Part shown: positions 46,657 to 55,184 of the stretch, in pieces
Position numbering within the stretch: position 1 is the stretch's first letter
Layout: every line of letters starts with the position of its first letter
Assembly: GCA_963590075.1 (NCBI GenBank)
Contig: CAVANK010000003.1
Span: forward strand, 12,100-76,099
DNA: 64,000 nt
Origin: Eshraghiella crossota
Lineage (GTDB): Bacteria > Bacillota > Clostridia > Christensenellales > CAG-917
Reading direction: 5' to 3'
The notes under the pieces: model-generated
What the model saw: the letters and a program-made list of their open reading frames with translations, nothing else
Databases searched by the model: none
What the model was told of the DNA's origin: nothing
Translations under genes and position numbers: made by a program

Positions 46657-46713
46657 TTTTTAGTTATCACACGCACACGCAAGCGCTAGTGCAAGTTTTG
46701 TCAGGAGTATTTT

Positions 46714-47733
46714 ATGAAAGAAAAGATGGACGGCATCAAAAATTCCGCTTTGCAAATGATTGCAGACGCAACCAATTCCGCGGAACTTAATAACGTCAGA
46801 GTCAAATATCTCGGCAAAAGCGGTGAAATATCCTTGCTTATGAGAGATATGGCAAACGTTCCCAAAGAAGAACGCCCCAATATGGGTAAACTCGTCAACG
46901 AGTTGAGAGGAGTCGTGGAAGGTGCGCTCAACGAAAAGAGTGCGAAAATCGTGCAAGAAGAGAAACTTGCAAGGCTCAAAGTCGAAGAAATCGACGTAAC
47001 GTTGCCCTCAAACGGTTTGGGCGTCGGCACTTTGCACCCGCTCACGCTTATCAAAAACGAGCTTATAGATATATTTACGGGTATGGGATTTACCGTTGCG
47101 GAAGGTCCTGAAATCGAGAGCGATTTGTACAACTTCCAATTGCTCAACGTGCCCAAAGATCACCCCGCAAGAGATATGCAAGACACGTTCTACGTCAACG
47201 ACAACGTCGTTTTGCGTACGCAAACATCTGCCGTTCAAGCAAGAATTATGCAAAGCCAACAACCGCCTATCCGCATCGTGTCGCCGGGAAAAGTATATAG
47301 AAGCGACGACGACGCATCGCATAGTCCCATTTTCAACCAATTTGAAGGTCTTGCGATTGACAAACATATCACGATGGGAGATTTGCAAGGTTGCTTGCAA
47401 ACTTTTGCGGAAAAGATATTCTCAAAGGACACCAAGGTGCGTTTGCGCCCGTCGTATTTCCCGTTCACGGAGCCGTCGGTCGAGGTGGACGTAACTTGCT
47501 CTATGTGCCACGGCAAAGGTTGCCGTGTTTGCAAGGGCACTGGCTGGGTTGAAATCCTCGGCGCGGGCATCGTAAATCCCGCCGTTTTGGATATGTGCGG
47601 AATTGACAGCAGTGTATATAGCGGATTTGCATTCGGATTCGGAATCGACCGTATCGCTATGATAAAATACGGTATTCCCAACATCAAAATGCTCTATGAA
47701 AACGACGTGCGTTTTCTTAAACAATTCAATTAA
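46714..47733 (+). CDS. pheS: Phenylalanine-tRNA ligase alpha subunit
   Basis: CAGGAG RBS. HPARDMQDTFY, the class II motif FPFTEPSVEVD, and GFAFGFGIDRIAM are present. Confidence 0.95.
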   Translation: MKEKMDGIKNSALQMIADATNSAELNNVRVKYLGKSGEISLLMRDMANVPKEERPNMGKLVNELRGVVEGALNEKSAKIVQEEKLARLKVEEIDVTLPSNGLGVGTLHPLTLIKNELIDIFTGMGFTVAEGPEIESDLYNFQLLNVPKDHPARDMQDTFYVNDNVVLRTQTSAVQARIMQSQQPPIRIVSPGKVYRSDDDASHSPIFNQFEGLAIDKHITMGDLQGCLQTFAEKIFSKDTKVRLRPSYFPFTEPSVEVDVTCSMCHGKGCRVCKGTGWVEILGAGIVNPAVLDMCGIDSSVYSGFAFGFGIDRIAMIKYGIPNIKMLYENDVRFLKQFN

Positions 47734-47745
47734 GGGGGCAAAGGT

Positions 47746-50145
47746 ATGTTAGTTCCTATTTCGTGGCTTAAAGATTACGTAGATATCGACGTCAAACCCG
47801 ATGTGCTTGCAAAGAAACTCGTTGCAATCGGTTTTGAAGTGGAAGAAATCATATATCAAGAGAAACAAGCGACCAACGTCGTAGTCGGCAAAATCGTCAA
47901 AGTGGACAAGCATCCCAACGCCGACCGTTTGCGCGTTACGCAAATAGATATCGGAGACAAGACGATACAAGTTGTCACCAACGTTCCCGTCGAGGGCGGA
48001 GAGACTATCGCGGTTGCGCTTGACGGCGCACACCTTGCGGACGGTCACGACATCAAGAAGGGTGAACTTCGCGGAGTGGTCAGTGAAGGTATGCTTTGCG
48101 GACTCGAAGAAGTCGGCGTAACGGAAGACGACGTGCAAAATCAAAAGACGGGTGACATTATCCGCTTTGAAGAGGGCACGACTCTCGGACAAAACGCACT
48201 CAAAGCACTCGGACACGACGATATTATTCTCGACGTGAGCGTCACGGCAAACCGTCCCGACTGCAACAGCATTTACAAGATGGCAAAAGAAGTCGCGGTT
48301 GCTCTCAAAACCTCTTGCAGAGAACCCGAAATCGATTATAAGGTCAGCAATATCGACGCAAAAGTCACCGATATGGTGACCGTTGACGTGCAAAATCAAG
48401 AACTTTGCCCCAGATATATGGCGGCAGGCGTAAAGAATATCAAGATTTTCCCGTCCTCGCAAAAGATAAAATCGAGATTGCGCGCGGTGGGTATCCGTCC
48501 GATCAACAATATCGTAGATATCACCAACTACGTGCTTACCGAAATCGGTCAACCGATGCACTCCTTTGACAAGAGAGAACTCGAAGGCGACAAAATCGTC
48601 GTTCGCAACGCAAAGAACGGTGAGACTATCGAGACTCTCGACGGCAAGCAAAACACGTTGAACGACAGTATGCTCGTAATTTGCGACGCATACAAGCCCG
48701 TTGCGGTTGCCGGCATTATGGGCGGTGAAAACAGCGGTATTCAACAAGACACGACGGAAGTCGTTTTCGAGGCGGCAAAGTTTGCTCGCGACAACGTAAG
48801 ACGCACTTCTCGCGCTCTCAACTTGCGCTCGGACAGCTCCGCAAGATTTGAAAAGGGTATCGACTTTGCATCGCAAGAGTACGGCTTGAAACGCGCTTTG
48901 ACGCTCGTTTATCAAATGGGCGCGGGCGATATCGTCGAAGGAATAATCGACGTCAAGGTCGACTATCAAAAAGTGCGTGAAATCCAGTTCACCACGAGAA
49001 AACTTCAAGAAATCCTCGGTTGCAAAGTGCCCAAATCCGCTTTGGTATCAATACTCGAAAGACTCGGTATCGAAGTGGTTGACGGTGATAAGTGCCTTAT
49101 CGCAAAGGTCAAAGAGGACAGAGAAGACATCGTCGGAGTAAACGATATTGCGGAAGAATTTATCCGTGTTTACGGCTACAATCATATCAAACCGACGTTG
49201 TTTGAATACGCGACGCTCACCAAGGGCGGTATTCCCGACAATTTGAAGTTTGTCAATATCATCAAAAACACGCTCTGCGCGTGCGGTTTGTCGGAAAGCG
49301 TAACGTACTCGTTTACGTCACCGAAATTCGTATCGCAACTCAATCTCGACGAGGACGATACCGCTCGCAAGGCAATCAAACTCGTCAATCCGCTCGGTGA
49401 GGCGTTGAGCGTTATGCGCACCACGCTTACGTACAGTATGATTGAAACGATGTGCTACAATATCACGCACTTCAACAAGGGCGCAAAACTCTTCGAGGTC
49501 GCAAACGTGTATTTGCCAAAAGAGCTTCCGCTCAAAGAATTGCCGTACGAAGAGAGCAGACTTTGCATCGGTATGTACGGTGAAGACGTCGATTTCTTCA
49601 CGATTAAAGGCGCACTCGAAGAGACGTTCAAGGCGCTCCATATCAACGAAAAATACGTGCGCTCCACGAGACCGTATTTGCATACGGGCAGAGGCGCGGA
49701 GATTATTGTCGACGGTAACAGTGTAGGCTTCGTCGGTGAAGTTCATCCCGACGTTGCGGACAACTACGGCATCGACAATTTCAGATTGTACGTCGCGGAA
49801 ATCTCTATTGACAAGATTTATGACGAGAAACGCCTCGAAAAGAGCAAGTTTGCTCCGTTCTCCAAGTTCCCGATCATCGAGCGCGACCTTGCCGTCGTAG
49901 TCGACGATAGCGTGCTTGCGGGAGATATGACGGACGCGGTTCTCGGCGCAAAAATCAAATATCTCACCGACGCAAAGGTATTCGATACCTACAAGAGCGA
50001 CCAAATCGGTCAAGGCAAGAAGAGCGTCGCAATGAGCTTTGCATTCTCGTCGCTCGAACGCACTCTCACCGATGACGAAATCGCAACGGAAATGGCAAAG
50101 ATACTTTCAGTCCTCAAACGCAAAGTCGGTGCAAAGATAAGATAA
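47746..50145 (+). CDS. pheT: Phenylalanine-tRNA ligase beta subunit
   Basis: AAGGGGG RBS. The N-terminus is MLVPISWLKDYVD, followed by a tRNA-binding OB domain (KHPNADRLRVTQIDIG), B3/4 and B5 domains, and a C-terminal FDX-ACB domain. Confidence 0.95.
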   Translation: MLVPISWLKDYVDIDVKPDVLAKKLVAIGFEVEEIIYQEKQATNVVVGKIVKVDKHPNADRLRVTQIDIGDKTIQVVTNVPVEGGETIAVALDGAHLADGHDIKKGELRGVVSEGMLCGLEEVGVTEDDVQNQKTGDIIRFEEGTTLGQNALKALGHDDIILDVSVTANRPDCNSIYKMAKEVAVALKTSCREPEIDYKVSNIDAKVTDMVTVDVQNQELCPRYMAAGVKNIKIFPSSQKIKSRLRAVGIRPINNIVDITNYVLTEIGQPMHSFDKRELEGDKIVVRNAKNGETIETLDGKQNTLNDSMLVICDAYKPVAVAGIMGGENSGIQQDTTEVVFEAAKFARDNVRRTSRALNLRSDSSARFEKGIDFASQEYGLKRALTLVYQMGAGDIVEGIIDVKVDYQKVREIQFTTRKLQEILGCKVPKSALVSILERLGIEVVDGDKCLIAKVKEDREDIVGVNDIAEEFIRVYGYNHIKPTLFEYATLTKGGIPDNLKFVNIIKNTLCACGLSESVTYSFTSPKFVSQLNLDEDDTARKAIKLVNPLGEALSVMRTTLTYSMIETMCYNITHFNKGAKLFEVANVYLPKELPLKELPYEESRLCIGMYGEDVDFFTIKGALEETFKALHINEKYVRSTRPYLHTGRGAEIIVDGNSVGFVGEVHPDVADNYGIDNFRLYVAEISIDKIYDEKRLEKSKFAPFSKFPIIERDLAVVVDDSVLAGDMTDAVLGAKIKYLTDAKVFDTYKSDQIGQGKKSVAMSFAFSSLERTLTDDEIATEMAKILSVLKRKVGAKIR

Positions 50146-50180
50146 ATCAAATAAAAATACAACTTTTAAGGGCAAATATT

Positions 50181-52229
50181 ATGTTTGACGCAAAAAGTCT
50201 AAACACTCTCGAATATCCGCAAATACTTGCAAGATTGAGCGATTTTGCTCAATCGCAAGGCGGGAAGAAAAAGGCAAAAAGCCTCGTTCCCTTCGAGACC
50301 ATAAGCGAAGCCGACGACGCACTCAACGAAACGGCGGAAGCGGATAAAGTGTTGTTTGAATACTCGCTTTCTCCCAATTTTGCAGTTGATGACGTTGCCG
50401 ATATTCTTATAAAAGCCAAGAAGGGCGCGGTGCTTTCCATTGCGGATATTTTGAAGGTAGGAAGGTCGCTTCGCGTTGCGCACAAAATCAAAAAAACGTT
50501 GACCAACGTCAAAGATTGCCCTATTTTATACGATATCGCAAGCAGACTTTACGAGAACGAACCTCTCGAAAAGAGCATTTTCGAGGACTTTTTGAGCGAA
50601 ACGGAAGTTGCGGACAACGCTACGGCAGAATTGAGACAAATACGTATTAGAATACGCAAACTCAACGACAACGTGCGCACCAAACTGCAACTTTTCATAA
50701 CGTCACCGCAATATTCCAAATATTTGCAAGACAGCATCGTAACGATGCGCGGAGATAGATATGTTATTCCGCTCAAAAGCGACTTCAAAGGTTCGATTCC
50801 CGGACTCGTACACGATCAATCCGCTTCGGGTTCAACGCTTTTCGTAGAACCTATGCAAGTGGTGGAGCTCAACAACGAACTCAAAGTGGAACTCGTCAAC
50901 GAGCAACTTGAGATCGAGCGTATTTTGCGCAATTTCTCGTCGACTATTATGGGAAGCGCAGACAACATATCGTGGTCGTATCAAAATATTGTCGATCTCG
51001 ATATGATATTTGCAAAAGCGCAACTTGCAAGGGAGTATAAGGCGGTTAGGCCTACGCTCAACGACGAGGGCTACGTGCGCATTAGAGGCGGTAGACACCC
51101 GCTTATCGACGCGCACAAAGTCGTTCCCGTGTCCTTGCAACTCGAAAAAGACGACAAAATGTTGCTCATCACAGGTCCGAACACGGGCGGAAAAACCGTT
51201 ACGCTCAAACTTGTCGGTCTTTGTACGATTATGGCAATGAGCGGACTTTACGTGCCGGCAAAACAAGCGGATATATCCGTATTCGACGGCGTTTACAGCG
51301 ATATCGGAGACGAGCAGAGCATACAACAAAGTTTGTCAACGTTCTCGTCGCATATCAAAAATACCATCGGAATTTTGGATATTATCACGCCAAAGTCGCT
51401 CGTGCTTTTCGACGAGCTCGGCGCGGGTACCGATCCCGGTGAAGGCGCGGCGCTTGCCGTAAGTATCGCCGAACATTTGCTCAAAGTGGGGTGCAAATCG
51501 CTTATAACGTCGCACTTTAACAACCTCAAAGAGTTTGCGCTCGTAACGAACGGCGTCGTTGCCGCTTCTATGGAATTCAATTCCGAGACGTTTTCACCCA
51601 CTTATAAGTTGGTTATGGGTGCAATCGGTGCGTCCAACGCTTTGGCAATCGCGCAAAAACTCGGCTTGAAAGAGGATATCATCAACAGCGCGAAGAGCAA
51701 AATATCCGCAGAAAAACGCCAATTCGACAACGTTTTGACCGCTGCCGAGCAGACGCGTATGAAAGCGGCGGAGCTCGTAAACGAGGCGTCTATCGATAGA
51801 GAAAACGCCGCAAAAGCACTCAAAGACGCGCAAATCGAGAAGAAACGTATTGAAGAAAAGCGCGAAAAACTCGACGAGAGTATTCGCAAGGAAACAAAAC
51901 GCCTCATCGAAAACAGCGTCGAAGAAGCCAACGAAGTGCTCGACAAAATCAAAGAGATTTTGAACAAACCGCAAATCGAGGACAAAGATTTGTTCGAGGC
52001 AAGGAAACTTCGCAAGCAACTTGAAACTATGTCCGCAGACTACGAAAAAGAAGCGGTCGTCGATGACGTTCCCGACGATAGTCCGCTCAAAATCGGTGAC
52101 AACGTTTTTGTGAAATCACTCCAAAAGAAGGGCAAACTCGTGGCAATCAATCAACGCGGAGAAGCGCAAGTGTCCTTCGGAAAACTCACGACTAAAGTCA
52201 AAAAAGACGACTACTACAAGGTGAAATAA
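50181..52229 (+). CDS. mutS2: MutS2-family protein lacking the C-terminal Smr domain
   Basis: The P-loop is GPNTGGKTVTLK, with FDELGAGTDP and a long Lys/Glu coiled-coil. The protein ends right after the KOW-like segment (IGDNVFVKSLQKKGKLVAINQRGEAQVSFGKLTTKVKKDDYYKVK). No Smr-like sequence follows in any frame. Confidence 0.85.
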   Translation: MFDAKSLNTLEYPQILARLSDFAQSQGGKKKAKSLVPFETISEADDALNETAEADKVLFEYSLSPNFAVDDVADILIKAKKGAVLSIADILKVGRSLRVAHKIKKTLTNVKDCPILYDIASRLYENEPLEKSIFEDFLSETEVADNATAELRQIRIRIRKLNDNVRTKLQLFITSPQYSKYLQDSIVTMRGDRYVIPLKSDFKGSIPGLVHDQSASGSTLFVEPMQVVELNNELKVELVNEQLEIERILRNFSSTIMGSADNISWSYQNIVDLDMIFAKAQLAREYKAVRPTLNDEGYVRIRGGRHPLIDAHKVVPVSLQLEKDDKMLLITGPNTGGKTVTLKLVGLCTIMAMSGLYVPAKQADISVFDGVYSDIGDEQSIQQSLSTFSSHIKNTIGILDIITPKSLVLFDELGAGTDPGEGAALAVSIAEHLLKVGCKSLITSHFNNLKEFALVTNGVVAASMEFNSETFSPTYKLVMGAIGASNALAIAQKLGLKEDIINSAKSKISAEKRQFDNVLTAAEQTRMKAAELVNEASIDRENAAKALKDAQIEKKRIEEKREKLDESIRKETKRLIENSVEEANEVLDKIKEILNKPQIEDKDLFEARKLRKQLETMSADYEKEAVVDDVPDDSPLKIGDNVFVKSLQKKGKLVAINQRGEAQVSFGKLTTKVKKDDYYKVK

Positions 52230-52804
52230 TGGTTGACAATTATTCGCAATCGGTTGAAGTTGACGTAAGCCATCACGCAAAGCGTTTGCAGTGGACGGGA
52301 ATGTTCCTCGTGTTGTTTTCGCTCGGGTTCGTGGTGACGTCCATATTTTACAGTTGGTATTTTATGATTGCGTTCGGCGTGTTTTTCGCCGGGGGCATCG
52401 TTTGTATTCACGTATACAACCAAACCGCAAAGGAATATATATACGAAGTCAGTCCTACGCGCCTCGTTATCGTCAAAAAAGACGTCGTCAACAAACAATC
52501 CGTCGTGCTTTCGCTCTTGTTTAAGGACGTGACGAGTTTCGGCATTATGGACGATTTATATCACGACAAAGTCGAAGGTGAAGACGTCGTTTGTTGTAAT
52601 AGTCAAGTCGACGTCATCGATTATAGCAAAACTTTCGATATCATGTTTTGCAATAAAGCGTACGATATGGGTGTGTATCAAATCGTGTTTTTACCCGAAG
52701 ATACCGGCATAAGCCAAAAGGTGCTTTTTACTCCCGACGAGTATATGGTTGCACTCATAATGGAAAATATCAAGAATGCGAAAGTGCAAACCGAAGAAAA
52801 ATAA
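52229..52804 (+). CDS. Hypothetical two-TM membrane protein, translationally coupled to mutS2
   Basis: TAATG overlap with the mutS2 stop. Two adjacent hydrophobic helices (GMFLVLFSLGFVVTSIFYSWYFMIAFGVFFAGGIVCI) precede a soluble domain of about 120 aa. No family recognised. Confidence 0.55.
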   Translation: MVDNYSQSVEVDVSHHAKRLQWTGMFLVLFSLGFVVTSIFYSWYFMIAFGVFFAGGIVCIHVYNQTAKEYIYEVSPTRLVIVKKDVVNKQSVVLSLLFKDVTSFGIMDDLYHDKVEGEDVVCCNSQVDVIDYSKTFDIMFCNKAYDMGVYQIVFLPEDTGISQKVLFTPDEYMVALIMENIKNAKVQTEEK

Positions 52805-52847
52805 AACTGTGAAATACAACGCAAATATGTGTTTAGATAATCTAAAA

Positions 52848-53993
52848 ATGGAAAAATTGATTTATCTTGACAACGCCGCGACGACGAGAATATATCCCGA
52901 AACCGCGTCTATGATTATGAACGAGAGCATAGACGATTTTTTCAATCCGTCCGCGCTTTACAAACCGTCGGTTAAACTGTCAGTCAAAATCAAGAACGCA
53001 AGGGATAGCATAAAGAGTGCGCTCCATGTACCCGACGGAGAATTGTATTTTACCTCGGGCGGAACGGAGTCGGACAATACCGCGCTTTTTTGCACGAGAA
53101 AGGCAAAGGGAAGCAGGGTTATCGTCGGTCTCGGTGAGCACGACGCCATTATAAACGGTGCAAATCAACTTTCCGCGCAAGGTTACGAGGTGGTATTTGC
53201 ACCTATCAAGACGGACGGTTCGGTCGACGTTGACGAATTTAAGAAATTACTCAACGAAAACGTGTCGCTCGTGTCGATTATGCACGTAAGCAACGAAACG
53301 GGCGCGATCAACGATATCGCAAGGCTCGTAAAACTCACCAAAAAAGTTGCGCCAAACGCCATATTCCATAGCGACGGCGTACAAGCGTTTGGAAAAATCA
53401 AAGTGAATTTGCGTGCGCTCGACGTCGATTTGTACTCGATTTCGTCTCACAAAATACACGGACCGAAGGGTATTGGCGGTTTGTTTGTAAAAAAAGGCAC
53501 GTCTATTAAACCGCTTTTGTACGGCGGAGGACAAGAAAAAGGCTTCCGCTCGGGCACGGAAAACGCGCCGAATATTTTGGGCTTTGCCGACGCAGTAGAG
53601 CGTTGCACCGCATCTTTTGCGGACGATATCGCAAGAAAAACCGCTTTCAAACAAGCGTTGCTTGACAAACTTCAAGCTCAAATCGACGATATCGCGGTTA
53701 TATCTCCGAGCGAAAACTGCGCTCCCAACATTCTCACCGTTGCGTTCAAAAACGTGCGCGGTGAAGTGCTTTTGCACGATATCGAAGACAAGGGAATATT
53801 GGTCGGCATAGGCTCGGCTTGCTCGTCTCATCACGAGAGTAGGTTCAAGTCCTTGCTCGGTCTTGACGACAGCCATAGGGACGGAATTATCCGTTTCAGC
53901 ACTTCGTACGAAAACGATATCGAGGACGTGGACTATATCGTGTCTGCGATAAAATCAAGCCTCGAAAAACTTACTAATTACACAAGAATATAA
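52848..53993 (+). CDS. Cysteine desulfurase (class V aminotransferase, NifS/IscS-like)
   Basis: The N-terminus is MEKLIYLDNAATT, with FTSGGTESDN and the PLP-lysine motif SSHKIHGPKGIG. The active-site loop is GSACSS. It is paired with thiI downstream. Confidence 0.9.
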   Translation: MEKLIYLDNAATTRIYPETASMIMNESIDDFFNPSALYKPSVKLSVKIKNARDSIKSALHVPDGELYFTSGGTESDNTALFCTRKAKGSRVIVGLGEHDAIINGANQLSAQGYEVVFAPIKTDGSVDVDEFKKLLNENVSLVSIMHVSNETGAINDIARLVKLTKKVAPNAIFHSDGVQAFGKIKVNLRALDVDLYSISSHKIHGPKGIGGLFVKKGTSIKPLLYGGGQEKGFRSGTENAPNILGFADAVERCTASFADDIARKTAFKQALLDKLQAQIDDIAVISPSENCAPNILTVAFKNVRGEVLLHDIEDKGILVGIGSACSSHHESRFKSLLGLDDSHRDGIIRFSTSYENDIEDVDYIVSAIKSSLEKLTNYTRI

Positions 53994-54002
53994 AGGTAAA
54001 TT

Positions 54003-55181
54003 ATGGACAAAGTTGTAATAATCCGCTACGGCGAAATCTTTTTGAAAGGCAAAAATCGCGACTATTTCGAGAGTTTGCTCATAAAGAACATTAAGCACAC
54101 ACTTTACGGAATCGGGTGCGATTTTACGCGCTCGCAAGGCAGATATTTCGTTGAAAACTACGATTTGGACGACGAGGACGAGATTGTCGACAGACTCAAA
54201 AAAGTGTTCGGCATCTATTCGCTCTCCGTTGCATACAAGGTGGAAACAAAAGCGGATCAAGGCTTTTGCGATATCAAAGCGTGCCTCAAAGACGTTGCCG
54301 TGAGAGCAGAGGAAGAGTGCGTGCTTAAAAATGCCAAATTCCGCGTAACCGTCAAGCGCGCCGACAAGCGTATCCCCAAACCGTCCTACGAAATCGCGGC
54401 GGAACTCGGCGGTGTGGTGCTTGCCAACACTCACTTCAAAGTGGATTTGACCGCTTTTGACTACGACTTTATGGTCGATATAAGAGAAAACGGCTATTCT
54501 TTCGTATTTAGCGACGTCATAAGCGGTGCGGGCGGTCTTCCGGTAGGTTGTTCGAGCAAAGGTCTTATGTTGCTTTCGGGCGGTATAGATTCTCCGGTTG
54601 CGGCGTATATGATGGCAAAAAGAGGTATGAAACTCTGCGCAATACATTTTTGCTCACCGCCGTATACCTCGGAAAGAGCAAAGGAAAAAGTGGTCGAACT
54701 TCGCAATATTGTCAGCAAATACGCGACGGATATCAAGCTCTATATAGTGCCGTTCACCGAAATTCAAATGGAAATTCACAGAGTTTGCCCCGCGGAATTT
54801 ATGATTACGATTATGCGTAGATTTATGATGCGCATCGCAACCATAGTTGCCAACAACACCGAGTGCAAGGCAATAATCACGGGTGAAAGCCTCGGACAAG
54901 TCGCTTCGCAAACGGTTGAGAGTATGACTTCAACCGAAGATTGCGCGGGACTTCCTATTTTCCGTCCGCTCGTTGCGTTCGACAAGGAAGAAACGATGGC
55001 TCTTGCAAGAAAAATCGGCACTTATGAGACGTCAATCGAGCCGTTTGAAGACTGCTGTACGATATTCTTGCCCAAGAACCCCGCAATTCACCCCAAACTC
55101 GACAGAGTAAGAGAAGCGGAAAAAGCAATTGACATCGACGCGCTCGTCAAAAAAGCAGTCGAGGGTATAGAAATTATGTAA
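54003..55181 (+). CDS. thiI: tRNA 4-thiouridine(8) synthase
   Basis: A ferredoxin-like and THUMP N-terminus (IIRYGEIFLKGKNR) is followed by the PP-loop LLSGGIDSPVAAY. Confidence 0.92.
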   Translation: MDKVVIIRYGEIFLKGKNRDYFESLLIKNIKHTLYGIGCDFTRSQGRYFVENYDLDDEDEIVDRLKKVFGIYSLSVAYKVETKADQGFCDIKACLKDVAVRAEEECVLKNAKFRVTVKRADKRIPKPSYEIAAELGGVVLANTHFKVDLTAFDYDFMVDIRENGYSFVFSDVISGAGGLPVGCSSKGLMLLSGGIDSPVAAYMMAKRGMKLCAIHFCSPPYTSERAKEKVVELRNIVSKYATDIKLYIVPFTEIQMEIHRVCPAEFMITIMRRFMMRIATIVANNTECKAIITGESLGQVASQTVESMTSTEDCAGLPIFRPLVAFDKEETMALARKIGTYETSIEPFEDCCTIFLPKNPAIHPKLDRVREAEKAIDIDALVKKAVEGIEIM

Positions 55182-55184
55182 TCT

